From: Pseudomonadota bacterium
GTDB taxonomy: Bacteria > Bdellovibrionota_F > JAHFAK01 > JBDREC01
Assembly (NCBI GenBank): GCA_043820105.1
Contig: JBDREC010000076.1
Coordinates: forward strand, 1-64,000
Direction: 5' to 3'
Length of the DNA stretch: 64,000 bases
Translations under genes and position numbers: made by a program
Shown: in pieces, positions 11,988 to 22,560 of the stretch
Layout of the letters: the number at the start of each line of letters is the position of its first letter
How positions within the stretch are numbered: position 1 is the first letter of the stretch
The notes under the pieces: generated by a model
What the model saw: only the letters and a program-made list of their open reading frames with translations
Told to the model about the DNA's origin: nothing
Databases searched by the model: none

Positions 11988-12146
11988 ATGTATAAACCAA
12001 AAGAAAAGCGTCCTGAAATTGAAAGTTTAGTAGATGGTCAATTTGAATCAGAAGATGACTATCATAAAACAGGACCTCAACCACAACTGAATAAAAGAAT
12101 ATTCAAAAAGAAAAAACCGAAATTACCCACAAAAGGGAGAGTCTAA
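11988..12146 (+). CDS. Small protein 2 (52 aa; MYKPKEKRPEIESLVDGQFESEDDY...PTKGRV)
   Basis: Strong RBS AAGGAGA; paralogous motifs. Confidence 0.65.
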   Translation: MYKPKEKRPEIESLVDGQFESEDDYHKTGPQPQLNKRIFKKKKPKLPTKGRV

Positions 12147-12273
12147 AAGCAAATTGCATGCTTATGAATTCTGGCTTGATTTAATTTTTTACTAAAAGAA
12201 ACCAATATGAATGTAAGAGATAGAAACAAATGGCATAATCAAAATTTAGCTTAAATAAAAAGGAGGATTAATT

Positions 12274-12444
12274 ATGGGTTCTAAAAGATCTAAGAAAAGC
12301 GAAGTTGCACCACTTGTCAATGGACTTTTTAAAGGCGAGGCACCTTATATCACCGATAGTGAACATACATTGGGAAACTCCTCACAACCAACCCGGGGTG
12401 CAAATGCAAAAATAGACATAAACGAAAGACCAAAAGCATTTTAA
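12274..12444 (+). CDS. Small protein 3 (56 aa; MGSKRSKKSEVAPLVNGLFKGE...ERPKAF)
   Basis: RBS AAGGAGG; paralogous motif; in-frame KKGRVKK follows the TAA. Confidence 0.65.
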   Translation: MGSKRSKKSEVAPLVNGLFKGEAPYITDSEHTLGNSSQPTRGANAKIDINERPKAF

Positions 12445-12611
12445 AAAAAAGGCAGGGTTAAAAAATAAGCAAGGTCTCTTTTTTTTATTATCTGGCTTGA
12501 TTTACCAGTATTAATCTTTTATATATTTAATGATATATTAAGATCGTTTTATTTTGATCAATAAAATAGATCCAGTTGTTAAAGGAAATATTTTATTTTA
12601 TAAAACTTTCA

Positions 12612-13061
<450 letters not shown>

Positions 13062-13085
13062 ATTTTTAGAAATCTTATTTTATAA

Positions 13086-13640
13086 TTAAAACAACTTATC
13101 TAGTTCTTTTTTGCTTAGCTCAAATACTTTTGCTTTTGTACCCTCTTTAATAAATTCATATGAAATTATTTCTTCTCCTATACATCTAATACATAGCTTT
13201 TCTTTCACTCGAATAGCTCCAATATTCTGAATAGGTGTTTTAAAAATAATTTTCTTTAATTTAAATCTGTAAAAAAATATTTTGAATGCGATAGGATATG
13301 TATATGTACAAATTCCCTTTCTACGAAATTCCTTTTTCCAAATGTGGGCATGAAAAATTGCAGAATCATCCTCTTTAGAAATATGAATTAGGTGCACTCC
13401 AATGGGTTTATCCTTGTATTGGATAGTTAAGTAAGTACTTTTGGAATCTGTAGTATTGTCGCCTTTTTCACATATATCTTGAAGCACTTTCTTTGTTTCT
13501 TTTTCTAGGCGCATTTTTGATGAATCTACACCCAAAGATTCAACATATCCAGCTTCTGAGCGATACCAATAATCAAGAACATATTGGACATCTTCTTTAT
13601 TAAAATCCCTAATTTCAATATTTTTGATATTTATTTTCAT
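13086..13640 (-). CDS. GNAT family N-acetyltransferase (RimJ/RimL-like)
   Basis: HIWKKEFRRKGIC acetyl-CoA motif A; N..AIRV.EKL motif. Confidence 0.7.
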   Translation of the reverse strand: MKINIKNIEIRDFNKEDVQYVLDYWYRSEAGYVESLGVDSSKMRLEKETKKVLQDICEKGDNTTDSKSTYLTIQYKDKPIGVHLIHISKEDDSAIFHAHIWKKEFRRKGICTYTYPIAFKIFFYRFKLKKIIFKTPIQNIGAIRVKEKLCIRCIGEEIISYEFIKEGTKAKVFELSKKELDKLF

Positions 13641-13725
13641 TTTATAATTCTCTTAGATTTTTCCATACAACTATTTAAAATTATGTTTTATTTTTGTGCT
13701 AGAATATTCAAATCAATTATTAAAC

Positions 13726-14574
13726 TTACTCCTTTTCTAAATTTTCAAAATAATCAATAATCCCCCTAAATGTCAAATCAAAATCTAAATCATCCTTTAA
13801 TCCTGCAATAGCACTTTTCCAACCAAGCTTTAATAATTCTACGTCTATATCTTTTAGAATAGAACTTAGATTTTCAGGTAATATGTCATTCCTGGCTTTG
13901 AAAGTGGCAGCGATGGCTTGGTTTAGAACATTTAAATTACACTTTGGCAAAAAATAATATAGATCAAAAATATCTTTTGACCTTGAATTATCATAACTTC
14001 GTGCAAATAGGGCATGAATTTTTTCAGCACATGTTGATTCAATCGTGTAAACTAACCATGACAAGGATTCTTCGCCTAATATAGATTTTGTCTCTATTTT
14101 TTTAGGAGCAGGAACAACAATATCTCCTGTCCCAATATCAAAGTGAATATTTTTAGCAATTTTAATGTTCTTTGGAATTTCACCAATTCCACTTCTAAAA
14201 TAAAATCTAATTCCTCCGCATTCTCCTGAAGTTACTAGGTCAGATTCTTTCTCATATTTATACCACACTCCATCATCAATATCAGCTTCAATAACTTTAA
14301 TTATTAAGGATGATATATTTTTAATATTTAAATTGTTTATGATAGCATCTATATCAATTGTATATCTAGGAGAATTATAAACTCGAAGCCCAACATATCC
14401 ACCTTTAAAAATAATTTTCCCTGCTAACTTTCTGTTTTTTATTAGCCTTGCAACCATCCTTTCAAGCAAAAATGTCATTTCAATATTATGATATGGAACG
14501 TTTTGATTATTAGCAATATTTGAAAGCCTTGCTTTGACTGAAATTGCGATATTTTGTTTATTTACTTTCTTCAT
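13726..14574 (-). CDS. AbiEii-family nucleotidyltransferase toxin (type IV TA)
   Basis: IFKGG, RYTIDID, AEKIHAL, SRSKDIFD. Confidence 0.88.
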   Translation of the reverse strand: MKKVNKQNIAISVKARLSNIANNQNVPYHNIEMTFLLERMVARLIKNRKLAGKIIFKGGYVGLRVYNSPRYTIDIDAIINNLNIKNISSLIIKVIEADIDDGVWYKYEKESDLVTSGECGGIRFYFRSGIGEIPKNIKIAKNIHFDIGTGDIVVPAPKKIETKSILGEESLSWLVYTIESTCAEKIHALFARSYDNSRSKDIFDLYYFLPKCNLNVLNQAIAATFKARNDILPENLSSILKDIDVELLKLGWKSAIAGLKDDLDFDLTFRGIIDYFENLEKE

Positions 14575-15164
14575 AGATTAGTCTCAATTGATCCAATAAT
14601 TGTTTCCCAATATTTTTTAATAACATTTTCATAACCAAGTGCTTTTGCCATTTTCATGATTTTTGAAAGATTTGTTTTTTTCTCATTTATTGCTTTTAGA
14701 ATCGCTGAAATTGAAGTTCTTATACCTATCTTACTTGAATACCGTAGAGATTCTACAAGTGTTCTTTCAATATTTGTTATTTTGTAATATTTTTTATTTT
14801 CAACGCCTATCATAGATATTTTTTTAGCTCGTATAAGTCTATACTTTGAATCAGTAGTTTTTATATTATGAGGTACAGTTATCCATATCTGCGATGGAAC
14901 TTGTTCGATAAGCCCATGATAGAAAAGAGCTGTAAATCCAGCAATAATAGATTTATTACCAAATTTTTTGTATGAAGTGATAAAATCTCTTTCTTCTATA
15001 GATATATTATTACAACCTGGATGGATATAAAGCCCTCTTGAGAGCTTAATAATTTCCTCTTTTTGGTACATCCTGTAAAGAGTAGACCAAGATATTCCAA
15101 GCTTCTTGGCATCTTCTATACAAAAAACACCCAGATTTTTAAGTTTTTCTTTCTTGTTTTTCAT
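14571..15164 (-). CDS. AbiEi-family antitoxin / transcriptional regulator
   Basis: N-terminal wHTH with LSRGLY, TALFYHGL, ITNIERTLVE; overlaps the toxin start. Confidence 0.85.
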   Translation of the reverse strand: MKNKKEKLKNLGVFCIEDAKKLGISWSTLYRMYQKEEIIKLSRGLYIHPGCNNISIEERDFITSYKKFGNKSIIAGFTALFYHGLIEQVPSQIWITVPHNIKTTDSKYRLIRAKKISMIGVENKKYYKITNIERTLVESLRYSSKIGIRTSISAILKAINEKKTNLSKIMKMAKALGYENVIKKYWETIIGSIETNL

Positions 15165-15193
15165 AATTCCTAATTTTCAATATTATTTTCCGA

Positions 15194-15239
15194 TGAACAT
15201 TTACAGACATTAATATAACAAAATGTCCAATATTGTTCA
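15194..15239. promoter_or_regulatory. Imperfect inverted repeat upstream of abiEi (possible autoregulatory operator)
   Basis: TGAACA..GACATT / AATGTC..TGTTCA; AbiEi proteins are known to bind promoter inverted repeats. Confidence 0.4.
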
Positions 15240-15264
15240 AGTAATTTTTTGCTTTTTGTAATTA

Positions 15265-15452
15265 AATTGTTCTCCACCCAATTTTACACAAAAAATTGTT
15301 CTCCACTTTAATTCAAGCGAAATTGGTTCTATAAAATTTTCATGATTTCTTTTAATGGATTTTAATGACTTTCTAAGCCGCTAATATTTCAGGGAAATAT
15401 TGGATGACCTCTTTTGAGAATTGGAGAACAATTTTAGGGTTTGTTTCCCTTA
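15265..15452. repeat. L element copy 1 (188 bp)
   Basis: Two direct TTGTTCTCCAC (15267, 15296) and an inverted TGGAGAACAA (15422); highly similar to 16985-17172. Confidence 0.85.
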
Positions 15453-15557
15453 GCCTCCATCAGCAAAAGTAATTTTCTTAACAAAAATTACTTACGGGTG
15501 AAGTAAATTCACCCTTTGCTATAAGTCAAGGGGAGCTAGCTCCCCTTAACAATCCCC
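15453..15557 (+). repeat. R element copy 2
   Basis: GCCTCCATCAG...AAGGGGAGCTAGCTCCCCTTAACAATCCCC. Confidence 0.9.
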
Positions 15558-15611
15558 TTTTTATTGTAAGATAAAAATATTCCGTTGTAATTAAATGTTC
15601 TGTCACTTATT

Positions 15612-16808
15612 TCAAATCTGTTTTCTTTTTATCACCATATTTGTCACTACTACTTTGTTTGCAAGCATATCGTTTTCTTCTTCTTGTTTTTTAATATAAT
15701 CTTCAAATAATCTTCGCTTGTCTGGATACTTTTCGATTAATTCGTTACAACGGTTTTTTAAATTTTCAAATATGAAATCATCTTGTTCTATTATATCGTC
15801 ATTTCTAATAATATCATCTTCTATTAATTGCATTTTGGCTAAATTTATCTGTTGAAGAATTTCATGTTGTTTAAACAATAATGGATGTGTGAAATCACTT
15901 TGGTCTTCAATATATGCATCATCTATGATTATAATTCCAGATTTTTTCAGATAATTTGATAATTCTAAGAAATTTTTCAGAAATTTATCCCAGTTTTCCA
16001 TTTTCATAATTATCTGCTTTTCAGCTCTGTTTTCTGCTAAATCAAGATATGCTCCAACAATCCTGTTTAATTCTTTGATATGATTTTCACTTAAATAGTT
16101 TTTGGCAATTGTCACATCGGACTTTAATATCTTTCCATCAGGAGCTTGCTTCCAGTTTGTTAATCCTAAATAAAGTTTATTAGTATCACAAGATTCATAT
16201 ATTATTTCAGCTGCTGTTTTTCCAGTAATTGCCCAGTGCAGTTTGTTTTGAACAGTTGCAAAAAACTCTTTCGTAATCGGTGCATTTTTATCATAATCTG
16301 CTGATAAGGAATAAATATCTGTGATTTTTTGGTAAAACCTTCTCTCACTTGCCCGAATTTCTCTGATTCGTTCAAGTAACTCATCGAAATAATCTTTTCC
16401 AAATAACTGATTGCCTTGCTTTAATCTTTCATCATCAAGAACAAATCCTTTAATTATAAATTCCTTTAAAGTTTTTGTAGCCCAGATTCGAAATTGCGTG
16501 GCTTGATAGGAATTGACTCGATAACCAACAGAGATAATTGCATCAAGATTGTAAAATTTTACAGGTTTGTCTGAATTTGGAATGTGCATTTTTTGCACAT
16601 TGCTTTTTTCTTCTAATTCGTTACTTTCAAATATATTTTTCAAATGTTTTGTAATCACACTTCTATCAACTTGAAAAAGCTCCCCCATCGCTTTTTGTGT
16701 TAACCATAAATTTTCATCTTTTATTAATGTCTCAACATTAATATGTCCCTCAGCTGAAGTATAAAGTAGAAAGTTTGCTTGATTTGGTATAACTTCCTTT
16801 TGTTCCAT
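15612..16808 (-). CDS. RhuM-family protein with an apparently unrelated C-terminal segment
   Basis: WLTQKAMGELF, YNLDAIISVGYRVNS, FRIWAT, LLERIREIRASERRFYQK; ATG 16808. Confidence 0.85.
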   Translation of the reverse strand: MEQKEVIPNQANFLLYTSAEGHINVETLIKDENLWLTQKAMGELFQVDRSVITKHLKNIFESNELEEKSNVQKMHIPNSDKPVKFYNLDAIISVGYRVNSYQATQFRIWATKTLKEFIIKGFVLDDERLKQGNQLFGKDYFDELLERIREIRASERRFYQKITDIYSLSADYDKNAPITKEFFATVQNKLHWAITGKTAAEIIYESCDTNKLYLGLTNWKQAPDGKILKSDVTIAKNYLSENHIKELNRIVGAYLDLAENRAEKQIIMKMENWDKFLKNFLELSNYLKKSGIIIIDDAYIEDQSDFTHPLLFKQHEILQQINLAKMQLIEDDIIRNDDIIEQDDFIFENLKNRCNELIEKYPDKRRLFEDYIKKQEEENDMLANKVVVTNMVIKRKQI

Positions 16809-16984
16809 TTTAATAGTTATCTCCAAAGGTATAAATGGTGATTAATTGTTTAGATATTTATTAGATCAATAGGCATAATTTTTCAACAACTTTATTTTAT
16901 ATAACTTACTTTTATTCAATTCTCACATGTTTTAAATTTAATTCCTGAATTCTAGAATTTAAATAATATCCATCCTTAATTATT

Positions 16985-17172
16985 AATTGTTCTCCACCCA
17001 ATTTAACACTAAAAATTGTTCTCCACTATAAATCTATCTAATTTGGTTCTATTAATTTTCGGTATTTCTTTTTATGGGATTTTCATGGCTTTCTAAGCTG
17101 CTAATATTTCGGGAAAATATCGGATGACTTCTTTTGAGAATTGGAGAACAATTTTTGGAGCTGTTTCCCTTA
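16985..17172. repeat. L element copy 2 (188 bp)
   Basis: Same layout and length as 15265-15452. Confidence 0.85.
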
Positions 17173-17277
17173 GCCTCCATCCGCAAAAGTAATTTTCTTA
17201 ACAAAAATTACTTACGGGCGAAATAAATTCGCCCTTTGCTATAGGTCAAGGGGAGCCAGCTCCCCTTAACAATCCCC
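17173..17277 (+). repeat. R element copy 3
   Basis: GCCTCCATCCG...AAGGGGAGCCAGCTCCCCTTAACAATCCCC. Confidence 0.9.
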
Positions 17278-17378
17278 ATTACAATAAGCTAAAAGTACTT
17301 TTAATTTTTCAAATGACAAATCAAAATATATGAATTAATTTAAATAAAAGATGACTCATCAATCTAAATGGAGATAAA

Positions 17379-18224
17379 ATGCAAATTACAGTACTAACAG
17401 ATAATAATGTGTTAAACAATAAGCCATGTTTTGGAGAAGCGGGATTATCTTTTTTTATTGAATTAGATGATAAAAAGCTTCTATTTGATTTTGCTTATTC
17501 AGATATTTTTCTTAAAAATGCAATTACATTAGGTATTGACCTGAAACAACTTGATTACGCAGTTGTTTCGCACGGTCACCTAGACCATATGTGGGGTATT
17601 GGGCATTATTTGCAATATTTAACTAACAAAAAATTACTTGGAGATAAAATTAACAACCCTATATTTATAGCCCATCCTGATGTTTTTATCTCAAAGAAAT
17701 TTGACAAGATAAATTTAAATGAAATTGGCTCTTTAATATCAAAGGAAAAACTGAATCTACATTTTGAATATAATCTAACAAAAGAACCTTTTTGGATTAC
17801 AGATAAGCTTGTTTTTTTAGGAGAAATAGAAAAAAAATATTCATTTGAAGGTAAAATTCCAATTGGAAAGAAATTCATTGATGGTCAGATGGTTGATGAT
17901 TATATGCCTGATGATTCCGCCTTGGCCTATAAATCATCAAATGGTGTTATTGTAATTACTGGATGTTCCCATTCTGGAATATGCAATATTATTGATTATG
18001 CAAAAAAAGTCTGCAATGACAATAGAGTCAATGACGTTATCGGGGGATTCCATTTACAAAATCCTAAGGATGAACTCTTGGAAGGTACTTTAGAATATTT
18101 TAAAAATTCAAATATCCCGGTAATACACCCATGCCACTGCACAGATTTAAAATCGAAAATAAAATTATCTGAAATTATAAATGTAGAAGAAGTTGGTAGT
18201 GGTTTCAAAATGATTGTCGAGTAG
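17379..18224 (+). CDS. MBL-fold metallo-hydrolase
   Basis: SHGHLDHMWG, TGCSHSGI, GGFHL, PCHCT. Confidence 0.88.
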   Translation: MQITVLTDNNVLNNKPCFGEAGLSFFIELDDKKLLFDFAYSDIFLKNAITLGIDLKQLDYAVVSHGHLDHMWGIGHYLQYLTNKKLLGDKINNPIFIAHPDVFISKKFDKINLNEIGSLISKEKLNLHFEYNLTKEPFWITDKLVFLGEIEKKYSFEGKIPIGKKFIDGQMVDDYMPDDSALAYKSSNGVIVITGCSHSGICNIIDYAKKVCNDNRVNDVIGGFHLQNPKDELLEGTLEYFKNSNIPVIHPCHCTDLKSKIKLSEIINVEEVGSGFKMIVE

Positions 18225-18274
18225 AAATATAATTAAATCTAATAGAGATAATCTAAGATACTAGCCCATAATTC

Positions 18275-18331
18275 AAACCACCAAGCTCAACTCCATCTCC
18301 ACGGGTTCTACAATTGAAACTGCGCCTCCAT
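18275..18331 (+). repeat. Second-class junction, copy 1
   Basis: AAACCACCA...CCACGGGTTCTACAATT...GCGCCTCCAT; homologous to 20889-20945. Confidence 0.75.
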
Positions 18332-18447
18332 AAAATTAATTTCACTAAGTTGTATCGAACTAATATAGTTTGTAATATTAAGCGGTTATCTGTTGGCATA
18401 AAAAGTTCGATGATGAATTTTTAAAAAATTTTTCTGTATTACAAATT

Positions 18448-19786
18448 CTATTTCCTTATTTTCCAATGACCTGTTTTCTTACTACCAATAAATTCAATTT
18501 TATTTTCATTCTTTAATTGAGTAATAGCTCGTTCTATGGTTTTTTCATTAACTTTCAACTCTTTTGCTAATGATTTATTTGTGAAGGATTCTTTATTTTT
18601 TATTTTTTTATATATTATTTCCAATCTTTCTTTTTTACCGACATTTTTACCGACATTTTTACCGACATTTTCATCTATTATACTTCTTTTAAAAACAACT
18701 AAAAACCCTGTTTTTATTTCTTTGAAATCAACCTTAACATTCTGTTTTTTGCATTCTTCATATATTCTCTTTAATCCAGAACCCCATTTTTCTATTTCTC
18801 CTGATTTATAAAGAACTTCAGCTATTAAAGGATTTCTTAAAACAGAACGTTCATTGCCTTTGATAAAATCCTTGGGGCTTAATCCTTCAGGAAATTCACC
18901 AGGATTATAGATCTCTAACCTATCTTTAAATATTGCAATTTCATTTCCTTTGGGATTATTATAATCTCTATGACATAAAGAATTAACAAGTGCTTCTCTA
19001 ATTGCTCTTATTGGAAATTTCTGGAATCTCTTCTCGATTCAGTTTTCCAAACTGAACATTCCAATTTATGTGTTCTTTGATATAAGATTCAGATTGCTCA
19101 AGCAAATTAAAAAGATTACCTTTAAGTTGTTTAATATCAATAAATGTAAGTTTATCAGCACCCGCAAATACAGCTGCTTGAACATCCAAGAAATTGTCTT
19201 TTATAAATAATATTTCAGCAGCTTTTAAAATCTTCTTACCTTTTAAAAGATCTAATTTATTTAATGTGATATTTATATTTGTAAATTTAAAACTAATTCT
19301 TCCAGCATTATTAGCTTTTTCAATATAATTCTTAAGATCCTCTTTATTTATACTTTGAATACTTTTCTCAGATATTTTCCTATCCCAACTCAGCTCTTTT
19401 TGATTTTTCTTTAAAATAAGTTTTTCTAATTCTCTGGCACTTAATTGTCTATCCTCATCAGATACTCTCATATAAGCTCTACCATAAGCGAGATAGGGTA
19501 TTTCATTTCCAGAAAACTCAATCCTTATACAGTTTTTGCCTTCAATCACTTCTTTTCTAATTTCAGGATAAATCTTTGGTTCAATATGATCCGATATGGA
19601 CTTAGATATGTCTCTTAATGTTTTATCTGTTATTTCTTGACCTACAACAGTTCCATCATTTTTTATACCAAAATACAGTTCTCCCTTATTATGCTTATTC
19701 AATATTGAAACAATTGATATTATTCCTTCCTTTAATTCAGATGATGATTTTTTAAGCTCCAATTTTTCTGCTTCTTTTAATTTCAT
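18448..19786 (-). pseudogene. Schlafen/AlbA_2 + ATP-binding (RecG-C-like) + HTH protein, frameshifted near 19018
   Basis: LELKKS...GELYFGIKNDG; after one extra base the frame continues PIRAIREALVNSLCHRDY...RNPLIA...IEKWGSG...(NVGK)x3...GSKKTGHWK* ending at 18448. Confidence 0.8.
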
Positions 19787-20024
19787 ATTAACCTTTATCA
19801 ATCATTAAATTATTAAATAAAAGTATAACATAACAATTATTTTATCAATCTTTTCTGACGAATTAGATAATTGTAAAAAAACAAATATGTTAAAATAATA
19901 TTAGGGAGGAAAAATCTTTCCTCCCTGTTCCTCCCCTTTGAAAATCAAGCAGCAATCAACCTCTTAATATCATTGAACTCTACAAACTCATTTTGAAGGA
20001 GGAAAGTTCGATATGCGTGTACTT

Positions 20025-20130
20025 GCCTCCATCAGTTTGGATAATTTTCTGAACGAAAATCATCTACGGCAGAAGTAAATTCTGCCTAAACTATCAGTCA
20101 AGGGGAGAGCTTCTCCCCTTAACAATCCCC
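20025..20130 (+). repeat. R element copy 4
   Basis: GCCTCCATCAG...AAGGGGAGAGCTTCTCCCCTTAACAATCCCC. Confidence 0.9.
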
Positions 20131-20193
20131 ATTAAAGATATCGAGTACTGTTCTGTAGGATTTGGTCCAATTGAAGCGGCTTTTCCTCTGCAC

Positions 20194-20769
20194 TTATAGC
20201 TTAATTTCCAATTGATACAATCTAGCTGAGCAAATGCATGGCTGTTTTTTACACCCTGGACATTCAAAAGGATGTTCTTCTGTATCCTTCTTATAGAATC
20301 CAACAACTTCTTTGATTTCCTTAAAACCGAGTTTTCGAAAAACTCTATCGGATGTGTGTTGTAAATTGCTTAGCCAAGCAACACCTAAAATAATATTGCA
20401 TTTTTCAGTTTCTAGCCACTTTATCCGTTTTTTTGATAACATTTGCCCAATTCCCTTGCTCTGTAAATTCTCTCGAACACACAGAGAACATAAAGAACCG
20501 ACTTTCTTTTTATTTAATCGAGATTCAATATTTTTATCAAAGGGTAAGTAGTAGGAAAAATTATTTATTATTTCTGCACAGCCAATTCCTACAAGTTCTT
20601 TGCCTAAGAAAGCACCTAAAACAAGAGCAGACTTGCTCTTAATCATGCTTTTAAGGTAATTTATATTAAATAAGCCTATGCCTTGGGTCCTATTCATTAA
20701 CTCAATCGCTTGTTTTAACAACTGAGATTCGTTTGAGGTTAGTTCTCGTATCTCTACGTTCATTTTCAT
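20194..20769 (-). CDS. GNAT family N-acetyltransferase with C-terminal Cys cluster
   Basis: LCVRENLQSKGIG motif A; FRKLGF; CPGCKKQPCIC. Confidence 0.75.
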   Translation of the reverse strand: MKMNVEIRELTSNESQLLKQAIELMNRTQGIGLFNINYLKSMIKSKSALVLGAFLGKELVGIGCAEIINNFSYYLPFDKNIESRLNKKKVGSLCSLCVRENLQSKGIGQMLSKKRIKWLETEKCNIILGVAWLSNLQHTSDRVFRKLGFKEIKEVVGFYKKDTEEHPFECPGCKKQPCICSARLYQLEIKL

Positions 20770-20888
20770 CCCCCATTACTATGTAAAATTTCTATAAAAA
20801 TAATCATTGAGAAACTATAATGTTTACCTAATGTGAAATCAAGTTGAACTATTTTATCAATAACAATGAACCAAAAACATAAAATATT

Positions 20889-20945
20889 AAACCACCATCT
20901 TCAATTTCAATCCCACGGGTTCTACAATTCGTCCTGCATCTCCAT
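20889..20945 (+). repeat. Second-class junction, copy 2
   Basis: AAACCACCA...CCACGGGTTCTACAATT...GCATCTCCAT. Confidence 0.75.
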
Positions 20946-20958
20946 AATAATTTGATTT

Positions 20959-21870
20959 TTATATCCAATCTTGATTCTTAACTTCCCATGTTTTATTAAA
21001 TAATGATTTTATAATTAACGATTCTACAATTGGCAGAAGAAATTGTTTTATTTTTTTCATAACATTTAAAAATGAATCATCAGATTCCAGTTTTGATTTT
21101 CTTAAAAATGCTTTCCATTGGATTTGTTTATTTCCATCAGATGTAAAAACATCTTCAAACAACGACATTGCATCTTCGATATTAAGTTTTCTTTTCTTAA
21201 AAGTAGCACTCATTGCTTCTTTTAATTTAATACTATTAAAAGATACATTTTGAGAAAGATATAAAATATCATAAAAATCTTTAAGGCGACTATTAAACAA
21301 ATATAGTTTCACCATAGCTTCAAATTTCTCAGCTACAACAGTTTCCCAGCTATAAGCTACAATTTTAGGAGCTTTTAAATCAAGAATCGTTGGATAGTTA
21401 AATACTATTGGCTTTGGTTTAACTGAATCTTTAAATCCAATATCAATTTGCATTTTTGATCTCGCTGAACCAAGGCTTGCATTAAATTTAACTCTAAGCG
21501 AATTAATTAAATTATCTTCTCTAATATTCATAGAACTTATAGTTTCAGAAAGAAAAATCACACCATCTTCTACTGGAATTTCACAAATTGCTTTGATCAT
21601 TCTTTTTGCTGTCTCATGGTCAAGATTTTCCCGCTTTAATAAAAAATCAATGTCTTGTGTTGGTCTTGATTTTGCGATATTTAAACTAAGAAGTAATGCT
21701 CCGCCTTTTAAAATTAGATCGTTTTTATATTTAGAAATAGAAACTCGATATAAAAATCTTTCTTGAAAATAATATATTAATATCCGATTAAAAATGATTC
21801 CATGTTGTTTTGAATAATTTAAAAGTTTAGCTCTGACAGAAGCAGCATGGTCTTTTATTTCTTTTTTCAT
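20959..21870 (-). CDS. AbiEii-family nucleotidyltransferase toxin
   Basis: ASVRAKL, ILKGGALL, RPTQDIDF, AEKFEAM, NSRLKDFYD. Confidence 0.9.
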   Translation of the reverse strand: MKKEIKDHAASVRAKLLNYSKQHGIIFNRILIYYFQERFLYRVSISKYKNDLILKGGALLLSLNIAKSRPTQDIDFLLKRENLDHETAKRMIKAICEIPVEDGVIFLSETISSMNIREDNLINSLRVKFNASLGSARSKMQIDIGFKDSVKPKPIVFNYPTILDLKAPKIVAYSWETVVAEKFEAMVKLYLFNSRLKDFYDILYLSQNVSFNSIKLKEAMSATFKKRKLNIEDAMSLFEDVFTSDGNKQIQWKAFLRKSKLESDDSFLNVMKKIKQFLLPIVESLIIKSLFNKTWEVKNQDWI

Positions 21871-22466
21871 TAAAGATTTGCCTCAATATATGGTTTCATA
21901 ATATTAGCCATTTTACATATCCTGGCTTGATCCATGAGTTTTTTTAGGTTCATTTTTTCTGTCTTAAGATAATTATATAGAACTTCCTTTGCAGTATCAT
22001 CGCCTAGTTTTCTCCTAAATCTAAAAGCGTCACATATAGATTTTTCAGGAGAATAAATTCTAAAACTGTTATTTTTTATTGAAACTTTTTCTATGCCCGC
22101 CTCATATTGTTTTTTGGAAAAATGAAAAACCTGAACAGGAGGAAAATTTAGTTGCGGAGTATGATAACCCTGAGGAATTGCGATCATAACATCTATTGGA
22201 ACAAATGTTGTTAGCTCATAATAATGAAGAGCTGAATATAGACAAATAACTGATTTTGGTATTGCTTTACACACATCCATAAAATCTTGATCATTAGAAT
22301 ATATATCATTCTTTATTCTATAAAGACCTCTTTTAATTTGCTCAATCTGTCCTGTCTTAATGTGAAATTTAATCTGGCTATAGGAAATACCATTTCTCAG
22401 AATTTCAGTTGTGGTAGCATAACCATTATTTAGTTTCATGAATTTTATTAGAATTGATTCTTTCAT
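21870..22466 (-). CDS. AbiEi-family antitoxin
   Basis: IKRGLY, ICLYSALHYYELTT, YSPEKSICDAFRFR. Confidence 0.88.
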   Translation of the reverse strand: MKESILIKFMKLNNGYATTTEILRNGISYSQIKFHIKTGQIEQIKRGLYRIKNDIYSNDQDFMDVCKAIPKSVICLYSALHYYELTTFVPIDVMIAIPQGYHTPQLNFPPVQVFHFSKKQYEAGIEKVSIKNNSFRIYSPEKSICDAFRFRRKLGDDTAKEVLYNYLKTEKMNLKKLMDQARICKMANIMKPYIEANL

Positions 22467-22560
22467 ATCACAATTTCCAGCTATATTTATTAATAAGTAT
22501 AGCCTGTTTATGACTATATGTAAAGTATAAAATACTAAATTTTAGCAATATCCAATTACA

